Assembly (NCBI GenBank): GCA_012729095.1
Contig: JAAYDU010000028.1
Location: 4,260-68,259, forward strand
Source of the DNA: Methanobacteriota archaeon
GTDB lineage: Archaea; Thermoplasmatota; Thermoplasmata; Methanomassiliicoccales; UBA472
Length of the DNA: 64,000 bases
Direction: 5' to 3'
Shown here piece after piece: positions 37,229 to 47,832 of the stretch (positions are counted from its first letter, which is position 1; each line of letters opens with the position of its first letter). The notes beneath the pieces are model-generated. The model saw nothing but the letters and a program-made list of their open reading frames with translations, was not told the DNA's origin and searched no databases. The translations under genes and the position numbers were made by a program.

Positions 37229-39448
37229 ATGGAGCCATCCAAGGTATTCATAGGCGTGGCCTGGCCCTACGCGAACAGCGCGATCCACCTGGGACACGTG
37301 GCGGGTTCGCTGCTTCCCCCCGACATCTTCTCCCGCTATCACAAGATGCGCGGAGACCGCGTGCTAATGGTCTCAGGCTCCGACCAGCACGGCACTCCCG
37401 TGACGGTGCGGGCGGACAAGGAGGGTTCGAGCCCCCTGCAGGTGGCCGAGCGCTATCACCAGGTGAACAAGAAGGCGATCGAGGACCTGGGCATAGAGTT
37501 CTCACTGTTCACCAAGACCCATACCGATAATCATGCACGCGTCGTGCAGGAGATATTCACAGACCTCCTGCAGAAAGGACATCTGGAGCAGAGGGAGACC
37601 ATGCAGTACTTCTGCCCCGCCTGCAACAAGTTCCTTCCCGACCGTTACGTCGAGGGCAGGTGCATCAAATGCGGCAACGAGAACAGCCGCAGCGACCAGT
37701 GCGACAGGTGCGGCGCGACCTTCGAGGTGGGGGAGATAGCCGATCCCACATGCATCACCTGCAGGAACCGCCCTGAGATGAGGGAGACCAGGCACTATTT
37801 CTTCAAATTGACCGATTTCGAGGCGGCTCTCCTTTCCTACGTGCAAGGGAGCAAGCATTGGCGTTCCAACGTCCAGCTCTTCACGCAGAACTGGTTGGAA
37901 TCCGGTCTGAAGGACCGGGCCATCACCAGGGACATGTCTTGGGGCGTGCCGGTGCCCCTTCCCGATTCGGAGGGCAAGGTCATATACGTCTGGTTCGACG
38001 CGGTGATCGGTTATCTATCGGCGAGCAAGGAATGGGCCAAGAGCACCGGGAACGAGGATGCCTGGAAGGAGTTCTGGACCGACCCCCAGGTGAAGGGGTA
38101 CTACTTCCTGGGGAAGGACAACATCCCATTCCACACCATCATCTGGCCCTCCATACTGATGGGCAACGGCGGTCTCAATCTCCCGTATGACGTGCCGGCC
38201 AACGAGTTCCTGACGTTCAAGGGCGAGAAGCTCTCCAAGAGCAAGGGCCCCTCCATAGACATCCCCAGCGCCCTCGAGCTGTTCGACGCGGACCAGCTGC
38301 GCTACTATCTCTCCAGCAACATGCCTGAGGGCAAGGATTCCGATTTCTCCTGGGAGGACTTCGAGACCAAGGTCAACAACGAGCTGGTCGCCACGCTGGG
38401 CAACTACTTCCACCGGGTGCTCAGCTTCACCCACAAGAACTTCAAAGAGGTCCCGCCAATGGTCGATGGGTTGGAAGCGGAGGCGGAGCAGGTCAACAAG
38501 GCGATAGCTGCGGCGATGGCCGAGGTGGAGGCGAACATCTCCGCCTGCCAGTTCAAGAAAGGGCTCAAGGCGGTCATGGAACTGGCCCAGTTCGGCAACC
38601 GTTTCTTCGATTCCTGCGCCCCCTGGAGCCTGCTCAGGAGCGACCGGGCCAAGTGCGGGGGCGTGCTGCATCTGAACATGAGAACGGTGCAGGCACTGGC
38701 CGTAATGGCGTTCCCGTACCTTCCCTTCAGCACCCAGAGGCTGTGGGGGTTCCTGGCCAACGACGGTGTCCTGGGCGAGGGGTCCTGGGAGCTGATCGGG
38801 AAGGAGCTGAACGTGGGACGCGCGCTGCCTGAACCCAAGCCCCTCTACCGCAAGGTGGAGATACAGAGGGAGGGGTCCGCCTTCTCCAGGTTCGAGGACC
38901 TGGACCTGCGGGTCGGTCTCATCGAATCCGTTTGCGACCACCCCAACGCCGACAAGCTGATGGTCCTCAATGTGAACATAGGTCGCCCCATACAGCTGGT
39001 GGCAGGGCTAAGGTCCTTCTACAGCAAGGAGGAGCTCACCGGCAAGAAGGTGGTGGTCATAACCAACCTGCAGGCGGCCAAGCTGCGCGGGGTGGAATCC
39101 CAGGGCATGGTCCTTGCCGCGGAGGCCGGGGACAAGGTCAAGGTGCTCACGCCCTCGGGACCGGCCAAGCCCGGTGACCGTGTCAACAGCGGCCTCGCCT
39201 CAGGAAGCAAGGTCCTCACCTTCCAGGAGTTCCAGTCCTTCACGCTCAGGACCGGCACCGTGCTGAACGACCAGGAGGCCGACCTCGGCAGGAAGGTCAG
39301 AGCGGACACCTCCGGCCTGGTCAAGGGCTCCCAGGCCGCCTTCTTCCTGCCCCAGGAAGGGTCGGACGTCGCCCTGCCCCTGTTCACCGAAGGGAGGACG
39401 AGCATAGGCGTGGACGGGGACCTGGATAACGGGGCGAAGGTCAGATGA
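37229..39448 (+). CDS. metG: Methionine--tRNA ligase with a C-terminal tRNA-binding (Trbp111/EMAP-like) domain
   Basis: 'WPYANSAIHLGH' (HIGH), Zn knuckles 'CPACN...CIKCG...CDRCG...CITC', 'KLSKSKG' (KMSKS) and 'DLRVGLIESVCDHPNADKLMVLNV'. ATG 37229 is preferred over TTG 37205. Confidence 0.92.
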   Translation: MEPSKVFIGVAWPYANSAIHLGHVAGSLLPPDIFSRYHKMRGDRVLMVSGSDQHGTPVTVRADKEGSSPLQVAERYHQVNKKAIEDLGIEFSLFTKTHTDNHARVVQEIFTDLLQKGHLEQRETMQYFCPACNKFLPDRYVEGRCIKCGNENSRSDQCDRCGATFEVGEIADPTCITCRNRPEMRETRHYFFKLTDFEAALLSYVQGSKHWRSNVQLFTQNWLESGLKDRAITRDMSWGVPVPLPDSEGKVIYVWFDAVIGYLSASKEWAKSTGNEDAWKEFWTDPQVKGYYFLGKDNIPFHTIIWPSILMGNGGLNLPYDVPANEFLTFKGEKLSKSKGPSIDIPSALELFDADQLRYYLSSNMPEGKDSDFSWEDFETKVNNELVATLGNYFHRVLSFTHKNFKEVPPMVDGLEAEAEQVNKAIAAAMAEVEANISACQFKKGLKAVMELAQFGNRFFDSCAPWSLLRSDRAKCGGVLHLNMRTVQALAVMAFPYLPFSTQRLWGFLANDGVLGEGSWELIGKELNVGRALPEPKPLYRKVEIQREGSAFSRFEDLDLRVGLIESVCDHPNADKLMVLNVNIGRPIQLVAGLRSFYSKEELTGKKVVVITNLQAAKLRGVESQGMVLAAEAGDKVKVLTPSGPAKPGDRVNSGLASGSKVLTFQEFQSFTLRTGTVLNDQEADLGRKVRADTSGLVKGSQAAFFLPQEGSDVALPLFTEGRTSIGVDGDLDNGAKVR

Positions 39449-40107
39449 GGTTCGACCTGCACGTGCACTCCAACAATTCCGGCGACGCCAAGAACCGGGT
39501 CGAGGATGTGCTGGACGCCTGCGTGAGAAAAGGGCTCTCCGGTGTAGCCATCATGGACCACAACACCATGGAGGGCTATCGCCAGGCCATGTCCCTGGGG
39601 AGGGATGACATACTGGTGATCCCTGGCATGGAGATATCCACCGCCAATGGCCATATCCTGGCCTACAACCTGGTCGAGGAGGTCCCCCGCGAGCTGGAAG
39701 TGGCGGAGACCATAGACCTCATAAGGGCGCAGGGGGGCATAGCCGTGGCCGCCCACCCCTATCGCATGTGGTCCGGGCTGGGAGAGGACGCCATCATCGC
39801 CAATGATTTCGACGCGATCGAGATACTCAACGCCCGCTCCACCCGTTCCCATAACGACATGGCGGCAGATCTGGCCAAGCGCCTGCGCAAGCCCTTCACC
39901 GCCGGTAGCGATTCGCACGAACCATCCACCATCGGCAGGGCGTATTTCCAGAGCGGCCGGGACTGTTGCAACGTGGAGGACCTGATCAAGGAGGTCCTTT
40001 CCGGAAAAGGGAGCGTCGGCGGCAAGAACAGGCCCAGGACGGATACCGTCAGCTACGGTGTGAAATGCATAGGCGAGTGGTTCGGCCGCGGTTTCAAGAG
40101 GATGTGA
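39445..40107 (+). CDS. PHP-domain phosphoesterase (220 aa)
   Basis: 'FDLHVHSNNS', 'VAIMDHNT', 'AAHPYR' and 'AGSDSHE' PHP motifs. The ATG overlaps the metG stop (ATGA 39445-39448). Confidence 0.75.
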   Translation: MRFDLHVHSNNSGDAKNRVEDVLDACVRKGLSGVAIMDHNTMEGYRQAMSLGRDDILVIPGMEISTANGHILAYNLVEEVPRELEVAETIDLIRAQGGIAVAAHPYRMWSGLGEDAIIANDFDAIEILNARSTRSHNDMAADLAKRLRKPFTAGSDSHEPSTIGRAYFQSGRDCCNVEDLIKEVLSGKGSVGGKNRPRTDTVSYGVKCIGEWFGRGFKRM

Positions 40108-40506
40108 TCATTCGATCAGCTTCCGGGCCTCGTCAAGGACCTGGTCCTGATCGCGGCTTCCTTCGATGAGCACGCCAAGCAGGTGGCGCTGACCGAGGCC
40201 CAGGACCAGAAGGTTCTTCTCAGAGAAGCGCAGGGAGACGAAGCGCAGGTCATCGTTCATCTCGTGCCCGACCTGCTCGGCCGTTCCGTAGGCGAGGGAG
40301 GTTATGGCCGAGTACATGTGGCGGTCTGAGAACTTTGGCGTGGTTCCCGTCACGTAGTTGCCCGCCCGGGAGCAGACATAGGCGGATACCACTCCCTCCA
40401 GGGAGCATACCTTCTGCAACATCTGTTCAAAATCCTTCTCTTCCAACCCTCGCATCTCCCAGTGGAAATATGGCAGAAGGGAATAAAACCTTTGCCCATC
40501 TTTCAT
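40108..40506 (-). CDS. Roadblock/LC7 (MglB-like) domain protein
   Basis: 132-aa ORF. 'EGVVSAYVCSRAGNYV...SAITSLAYGTAEQVGHEM...LRFSEKNLLVLGLGQRHLLGVLIEG' fits the Roadblock/LC7 alpha-beta-alpha pattern. Confidence 0.65.
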   Translation of the reverse strand: MKDGQRFYSLLPYFHWEMRGLEEKDFEQMLQKVCSLEGVVSAYVCSRAGNYVTGTTPKFSDRHMYSAITSLAYGTAEQVGHEMNDDLRFVSLRFSEKNLLVLGLGQRHLLGVLIEGSRDQDQVLDEARKLIE

Positions 40507-40561
40507 CTGGTGGCGCCATAGGAAACAAAAGGATTTATTTGACCTCTCTCATAATACGTTC

Positions 40562-41704
40562 ATGCCTCCGGTCTCACTGCGCAGCATTATGCCCATCTCC
40601 GCCAAGGGTAGGACCGAGGCCGACCGCATCGACGGCATACTGTACGATTCGCTCGCCTCGCCGCTGTCCATGGAGCGGCGGCACATGGAGGCCAGGGTGC
40701 TAAGGGTGGCCAAGGAGGAGCCGGAGGGCATGGTGGCGGTACTGCTCCGCCACACCGAGGCCCGGAACGAGAACGCCCGCGAGTCGATAATGCGGCTGCT
40801 GGATGAAATTTGCCTGACCCGAGAGGGCCGGGCGGCGGTGCTGGAGAACATGTCCCACCCGGACCAGGACGTAAGGAAAGGGACGAGGACCATGATGGGC
40901 CGCATATGGGGTCCGGGAACGGACACCTTCGCCGCCGATTATGAGCAGGCGCTGCTGCTGATGAACCTGGCGCGCAGCCGGGACATATTCGTGGACGACA
41001 TCGTCATGCTGTCCGAGCTGGTCAAGGTCTCCCTTCTCGAGGGTGACCGGGACAAGGCGCTGGAGGACATCGCCCTGGTGATCGAGCTGCTCAAGCACCG
41101 CTATCGTGCCGTGGAGACGATGAAGGACTATCTGGCGGAGATGCTCAAGGTCACCCCGGAACTGTCAAGGCTAGGCATGGTCAGCGGCCGGATCGAGCAA
41201 TCGCTGCGCACTGCTTCCCGGGCCAACAAGCAGCGCACCTTCGATTACGCCAAGGGCCTCATCGCCGAGAAGATGCAGGAGGTGGAGGCCATCGACCAGG
41301 TGAGGGCATTGGGATCCTCGGTCAGGGAGATGCTGTCCGAAACCCCCCATGTCCCGCTGGAACAGCTGAGCGGGGTGGATGTCTGGATGTTCGCCCGGCT
41401 CAAGGAGCTGGTGCAGGAGGGGACCAAAATGAACATCAATTCCCGCCGCCAGGAGCTCATCGAGCTAATAGGTTCTTTCATCAGGGACGAGGTCTTCCCG
41501 TACCTGCGCGACAAGGCCCAGGACCGTCTGCTAAGCAGGGACCCTTCGCTGCTCTTCGCCCTGTACACCGCCGGCCTGACCTGCCTTAAGCTGTTGTACG
41601 AACCCATGCCAAAAGTGGCCAATGAGCTGTACGTCACCTACTTCCAGGAGTTCGAAGGAGTGCCGAGCGTGGCCGACGTCTCATGGCCCTCAGCGGTTAT
41701 GTAG
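40562..41704 (+). CDS. Hypothetical all-helical protein (380 aa) with HEAT/armadillo-like N-terminal repeats
   Basis: ORF is divergent from the Roadblock gene across a 55-bp spacer. It has helical, repeat-like content and no P-loop or other catalytic motif seen. Confidence 0.5.
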   Translation: MPPVSLRSIMPISAKGRTEADRIDGILYDSLASPLSMERRHMEARVLRVAKEEPEGMVAVLLRHTEARNENARESIMRLLDEICLTREGRAAVLENMSHPDQDVRKGTRTMMGRIWGPGTDTFAADYEQALLLMNLARSRDIFVDDIVMLSELVKVSLLEGDRDKALEDIALVIELLKHRYRAVETMKDYLAEMLKVTPELSRLGMVSGRIEQSLRTASRANKQRTFDYAKGLIAEKMQEVEAIDQVRALGSSVREMLSETPHVPLEQLSGVDVWMFARLKELVQEGTKMNINSRRQELIELIGSFIRDEVFPYLRDKAQDRLLSRDPSLLFALYTAGLTCLKLLYEPMPKVANELYVTYFQEFEGVPSVADVSWPSAVM

Positions 41705-41814
41705 CCCTGACAATAGGTCTCATGTCGGACATCCGTCATCCATTGTCCAGGTCTTTAAAATTCAGTAAAATATATATTTGCGTTTTTCGTTATACCTCCT
41801 AGAGGGATGCACTT

Positions 41815-43041
41815 ATGACCAGTTCTTTGGTTAAGAATGCTTTAGCGAACACTAAGTACGAGAACACATCGAGCGGAAAGGCAGAACCCGTGAAGGAAGA
41901 GCCCGTCGAGTCCAAACCGGCCCCCAAGTCGGACATAGACGACGAGCTGGCCAATATCGCGGCCCAACTTGACGTGTGCATAAAGATCATCGGCTGCGGC
42001 GGTGGCGGTTGCAACACCATAAACCGCTGCTGGGAGGCTAGCATAAACGGGGCTCAGCTCTGCGCCATCAACACCGATGCCAAACACCTGCTGACCGTCA
42101 AGGCCCCCCGCAAGATACTGATAGGCAGGAGCGCGACCCGAGGCCTCGGCGCTGGGGCCAAGCCGGAGATGGGAGAGGCGGCCGCCCGCGAGAACGACGG
42201 CGATATAAGGGAGTTCCTGAACGGCTCCAACATCGTCTTCGTGACCGCCGGCATGGGCGGCGGCACCGGTACCGGTTCCGCTCACTATGTGGCCAGGATC
42301 GCCAAGGACCAGATCCGAGCGCTGACCATAGGCGTGGTCACCATGCCCTTCAAGGCTGAGGGCACGGTGCGCATGGAGAACGCCCTGGACGGTCTGAACA
42401 AGATGAGGCTCATCTGCGACACCACCATCGTCATCCCGAACGACAAGTTGCTGGAGCTGGTTCCCAAGCTGCCGGTCGACGCCGCCTTCAAGGTGGCCGA
42501 TGAGGTGCTCATGCAGACCATAAAGGGTCTGACGGAGATCATAACCAAGCCCGGCCTGGTCAACCTGGACTACGCTGACATAATGACGGTCATGAACGAG
42601 GGCGGGGTCGCTTTCGTTGGCATCGGGGAAGGGAACAACGACGAGGACGACCGCGTCAAGTCCGCGGTGCACGAGGCGTTGACGTCCCCCATGCTCGGTG
42701 AGATCGAGCTCAAGGACGCCAAGGGCGCCCTGATCCGCGTCGTAGGCGGTCCGGACATGACCGTGGGCGAGGCCCAGCGCGTGGCGGAGATAGTCACCAA
42801 CAGCGTGTCCCCTCGCGCTCGCATCATATGGGGATGCTCCATAGATCCCGAGCTGGAAGGCGTGGTCAAGGTGCTGTTGATCATAACCGGTGCCAAGTCC
42901 AAGTACATTATTGGCTCCCGCGGGGCGCCGATGGGAATGCAGGGCAATCAGGGCTACCCGCAACAGCAGCAGTACCAGCAGCAACCCTACCAGCAGCAGA
43001 GGCCACGGAACCGCAACGACGACATAGACTTCGTTAACTGA
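41815..43041 (+). CDS. ftsZ: Cell division GTPase FtsZ with a Gln-rich C-terminal linker
   Basis: 'IKIIGCGGGGCNTINR', 'GLGAGAKPEMG' and 'FVTAGMGGGTGTGSA' (tubulin signature). The tail is 'QGNQGYPQQQQYQQQPYQQQ...DDIDFVN'. Confidence 0.92.
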   Translation: MTSSLVKNALANTKYENTSSGKAEPVKEEPVESKPAPKSDIDDELANIAAQLDVCIKIIGCGGGGCNTINRCWEASINGAQLCAINTDAKHLLTVKAPRKILIGRSATRGLGAGAKPEMGEAAARENDGDIREFLNGSNIVFVTAGMGGGTGTGSAHYVARIAKDQIRALTIGVVTMPFKAEGTVRMENALDGLNKMRLICDTTIVIPNDKLLELVPKLPVDAAFKVADEVLMQTIKGLTEIITKPGLVNLDYADIMTVMNEGGVAFVGIGEGNNDEDDRVKSAVHEALTSPMLGEIELKDAKGALIRVVGGPDMTVGEAQRVAEIVTNSVSPRARIIWGCSIDPELEGVVKVLLIITGAKSKYIIGSRGAPMGMQGNQGYPQQQQYQQQPYQQQRPRNRNDDIDFVN

Positions 43042-43078
43042 TGCGGAGGGGGTAATCGAGAGCTGCGCCTATCGACCC

Positions 43079-43109
43079 GGCCACCGTCCACTTCATGTTG
43101 CCGGTGGCC
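43079..43109. terminator. Hairpin between the convergent ftsZ and PP-loop genes
   Basis: GGCCACCG (43079-43086) and CGGTGGCC (43102-43109) form an 8-bp stem with a 15-nt loop, followed by TTTAAAAG. Its role as a terminator is inferred only. Confidence 0.3.
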
Positions 43110-43110
43110 T

Positions 43111-45030
43111 TTAAAAGTCATAAGCGGCGTCGCCAAAGCTGATGGCCGGGCAAGGCTCGAAGCAATTTCCGCAATGGATGCATCGGGTCGCCTCGACGCG
43201 AACCTTCCCCTGCATCAGTGAAAGTGCACCCTCTTTGCATCTGGCGATACATACCCCGCAACCGACGCACTCCTCGGCCTTAACCACCGCACGGCGAACC
43301 CTTTCCACATCTTTCTTTATCTTTTCCTGGTCCTCGCCCTTGGCGATGAGCGCGCCCTCTTTGAATATGGTAACGTAACCTACCGAGCACCAGCCGCCGT
43401 CCGATCCCATCTCCACCTCCCCGACCATGTTGAGGACGCTTGCGACCTGCTCGAGGTCCAGATCGCGCGAGAACGCGCCCTCTATGCTGAACCCCAGGGT
43501 GCAGGGCGAGAACCCGTCCTGCAGCTTCAATCTCAGGTTGCCCTCCCCGGTGCGCGGAACGTCCTTGCGGGCCAGCTCGAAGCCGGGTATGTTGCGCTTG
43601 AGCTCATCCAGCACTGAAGGCGGCACCCTCTTCCACCGCCATAGGCCGTGCTCCACCCATTCGGGTCCCAGTCCCTTCCTCTCCGCGTAATCCCTCAGGA
43701 AGCCCTCCCACCTCTCGTAGGTGGGGCTTGACTTGGCTATGTCCAGATCGGCCATGTCCGAGGCCGGGCACAGGAAGCAGCCGATGCGGTCAAGACCGTT
43801 CTCGTACCAGGGGTTGTAGCTCACCCCGCTCTTGAAGATGTGCAGCCATACATGCAGCGATGTCCAGTCCTGTATGGGCGAGGCGCCTATCTGGCCGGGG
43901 GTCCAGGGGTTGCGCCAAACGCGCGGTTTGGCCGAGCGCTGCTCCGACTCGTAACGCCGCTGCCCTATGAACGACAGCACCCCGTTCGGATAGTGCTCCA
44001 CGATGGCCTTGACGGTCGGCCCCAGCTTGTTGGTCTTGCAGCACCAGCGGTAGTCCTTTCCCGGCGGCCCGAAGAACTCCAGGTTGCCGAAGAAGGCGTC
44101 CTCCTCCGCCTTCCCGACCACCAGGTCCAGGTCCAGCTGGTCCTTGAGGCGGTGAACGTAACTGACGGTCTCCGGGAACTCCAGCCCGGTGTCGACGAAG
44201 AACACCGGGAGGTTTAGACCTGCATCCCTGGTGAGCAGCAATGTCGCCAGGGAATCCTTTCCTCCGGAGAATGAGACCACCTGCGGTATGTCCGCATGCT
44301 CCTCCGAGAGCCTCTTGACGAACTCCACGCTCTCCCGCACCCTCCTTCCCATGACCCCGGCGTTGGCCTCCATGACCATGTTCCAATCGGCCTGGGGCCT
44401 GTCCGTCGGGGGCAATGTCCTCTCGGCCCAGCGGACCTTGACCGCCGCGCCCCTCTCGGCCTTGCGCATCTCTTCCGAGGACATGCGGGCAACACCGGTG
44501 GCCAGGGCGTTCCCTTCCGGGTCCAGCACTATGACCTCCTCCCCCTTCTGAAAATCCCCTACGACGCGGTTCACTCCCGGGGCCATCAAGCTCTGGTTCC
44601 CCAGTATGGGCTCCACCGCCCCGCGGTCCGCCCAGATCAGGTTCTTGCTCGCCGCGCGAACGATCCTGGCGGCGGCCTTCACCCTGGGCAGCGCCCTCCA
44701 GCCGATGCCAAGGTCGTAGCGCATTGTGACATCCACCTCGCCATCTGCGATCACCTCGTCCATGCGGTCCAATGCCGGCACCTTGTTGAATAGGTAGACG
44801 GAACCGTCTGGCAGCAACGCCTTTCCAGCGCCTTCTCCGAACTGCAGGTCCACATGCTCGCGAACGAAGTCGATATCGTGTTGGAAAGCAGGTCTGGCAT
44901 CCCCTGGAGGGGTCATTCCCACCTGGCGGGTGGGCTTGCCGCACCTGCTGCAATTGGCATCCTCCAGCACCGGAACGTTGCAATGGTCGCACCAGCGCAG
45001 GTGCATCTTTCCTAGCCGGACCTCGGCCAT
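43111..45030 (-). CDS. Zn-ribbon + PUA + PAPS-reductase-like PP-loop + 2x[4Fe-4S] ferredoxin fusion protein
   Basis: 'CDHCNVP...CSRCG' ribbon; PUA-like 'APGVNRVVGDFQKGEEVIVLDPEGNALATGVA'; 'VVSFSGGKDS' PP-loop; 'CCKTNKL'; C-terminal 'CVGCGVCIARC...CIHCGNCFEPCP'. The start is set at ATG 45030. Confidence 0.8.
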   Translation of the reverse strand: MAEVRLGKMHLRWCDHCNVPVLEDANCSRCGKPTRQVGMTPPGDARPAFQHDIDFVREHVDLQFGEGAGKALLPDGSVYLFNKVPALDRMDEVIADGEVDVTMRYDLGIGWRALPRVKAAARIVRAASKNLIWADRGAVEPILGNQSLMAPGVNRVVGDFQKGEEVIVLDPEGNALATGVARMSSEEMRKAERGAAVKVRWAERTLPPTDRPQADWNMVMEANAGVMGRRVRESVEFVKRLSEEHADIPQVVSFSGGKDSLATLLLTRDAGLNLPVFFVDTGLEFPETVSYVHRLKDQLDLDLVVGKAEEDAFFGNLEFFGPPGKDYRWCCKTNKLGPTVKAIVEHYPNGVLSFIGQRRYESEQRSAKPRVWRNPWTPGQIGASPIQDWTSLHVWLHIFKSGVSYNPWYENGLDRIGCFLCPASDMADLDIAKSSPTYERWEGFLRDYAERKGLGPEWVEHGLWRWKRVPPSVLDELKRNIPGFELARKDVPRTGEGNLRLKLQDGFSPCTLGFSIEGAFSRDLDLEQVASVLNMVGEVEMGSDGGWCSVGYVTIFKEGALIAKGEDQEKIKKDVERVRRAVVKAEECVGCGVCIARCKEGALSLMQGKVRVEATRCIHCGNCFEPCPAISFGDAAYDF

Positions 45031-45165
45031 GCTTGCGGCTAGTGCAGGAACCCCTATAAAATGTATGTTCTCCGGGGGGGACCTCTGTCTTGGAACTTTG
45101 CAGGTACCCGGTCCCGAAGAATCGAAGGCTAATATAGCAGTAATTTCATCATCACGCCTGATACC

Positions 45166-46356
45166 ATGAAAGCCACCGCGCGCACTATGGGTATCAGCTA
45201 CGCGATCCGGGAGATGCTGCTTCCTGCGAGAGAGCTGGAAAAGCAGGGTCACAAGATCACCAAGCTGCATATCGGGGACCCCAACAAGTTCGACTTCGAA
45301 ACGCCGAAGCACGTTAGGGACGCCCTCTGCGCTGCCGTGGAAAAATGCGACAACGGCTATGAGGAGTCCGAGGGCAATGCCGAGCTCAGAAGGGCCATCA
45401 TCGATAAGGAGAAGAAGAAGAACGGCATCGATCTGGACCTAAAGGACATGGTAGTGACCTCAGGGGTCACGGAGGCGCTGCAGATGATATGCGCCGCCAC
45501 CATCGATCCGGGCGATGAGGCCCTAGTACCAGGTCCAAGCTACGTCTCCTACCTGGAGTTCCCCAAGTTCTTCGGCGGTAAGGCCGTAACCTACCGCACA
45601 ATCGAGGACGAGGGATGGCAGCCTGACATAGACGACCTGAGAAAGAAGATCACCCCTCACACCAAGTTCATCGCCGTCATCAACCCCAACAATCCTACGG
45701 GAGCCGTATACGGCCAGAAACGTTTGAAGGAGATCGCCGACCTGGCCGGGGAGTACGGGCTCTTCCTCATCTCGGACGAGATATACGACCTTATGACCTT
45801 CGAGGGCGAGCATCATTCCCCCGCTTCACTGGCCAAGGACGTGCCGACCATACTGGTGAACGGTTTCTCCAAGGTGGACCTGCTTCCCGGCTGGAGGCTG
45901 GGCTACGCCGCCTTCCACGACACCACCGGGCAGCTGGACGAGATCGAGGAGGCCGTGCACAAGCAGGCACGTCTCCGCCTCTGCGCCAACGCCCCCTGCC
46001 AGATGGCGGTCATCGAGGCGCTGAAGCACCCCAAGGACCACCTGGAAGGGATGCGCAGCAAGCTTAAGGCCCGCGGGGAGTTCGCCTGGAAGAGGGTCAA
46101 CGAGATACCGGGGCTGAGCTGCGTGAAGCCCGATGCCGCCTTCTACATGTTCCCCAAGGTCGAATCGGACCACTGGAAGACCGACAAGGACTTCGTGCTG
46201 GACATACTGCATCAATGCCACGTGCTCCTGGTCCCCGGCTCTGGTTTCTGCCCCACCTACGGCAAGGACCACTTCCGCATGGTGTTCCTGCCCAACGAGG
46301 AGATACTGGGAGACGCCCTGGATTCCATCGAGTCCTACATGAGGAAGGTGGCCTAG
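45166..46356 (+). CDS. Class-I/II PLP aminotransferase (alanine/aspartate aminotransferase-like)
   Basis: 'NPNNPTGAVY' and 'NGFSKVDLLPGWRLGY' (PLP-Lys) motifs. 396 aa. Confidence 0.85.
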   Translation: MKATARTMGISYAIREMLLPARELEKQGHKITKLHIGDPNKFDFETPKHVRDALCAAVEKCDNGYEESEGNAELRRAIIDKEKKKNGIDLDLKDMVVTSGVTEALQMICAATIDPGDEALVPGPSYVSYLEFPKFFGGKAVTYRTIEDEGWQPDIDDLRKKITPHTKFIAVINPNNPTGAVYGQKRLKEIADLAGEYGLFLISDEIYDLMTFEGEHHSPASLAKDVPTILVNGFSKVDLLPGWRLGYAAFHDTTGQLDEIEEAVHKQARLRLCANAPCQMAVIEALKHPKDHLEGMRSKLKARGEFAWKRVNEIPGLSCVKPDAAFYMFPKVESDHWKTDKDFVLDILHQCHVLLVPGSGFCPTYGKDHFRMVFLPNEEILGDALDSIESYMRKVA

Positions 46357-46508
46357 GCCACCCCTCAGATCATTTCTCTCCCCTTTTCTTTAAGGGCACC
46401 ATCTTCTGTGACAACGATCTCGAAAGCGCCATTGTTCAATTTTTCACAACGGGCGTCGTTTCATGGAACGGTTCTATTCTCTAGAAAAATAGTGGAAGGA
46501 AAGAGGTT

Positions 46509-47828
<1,320 letters not shown>

Positions 47829-47832
<4 letters not shown>

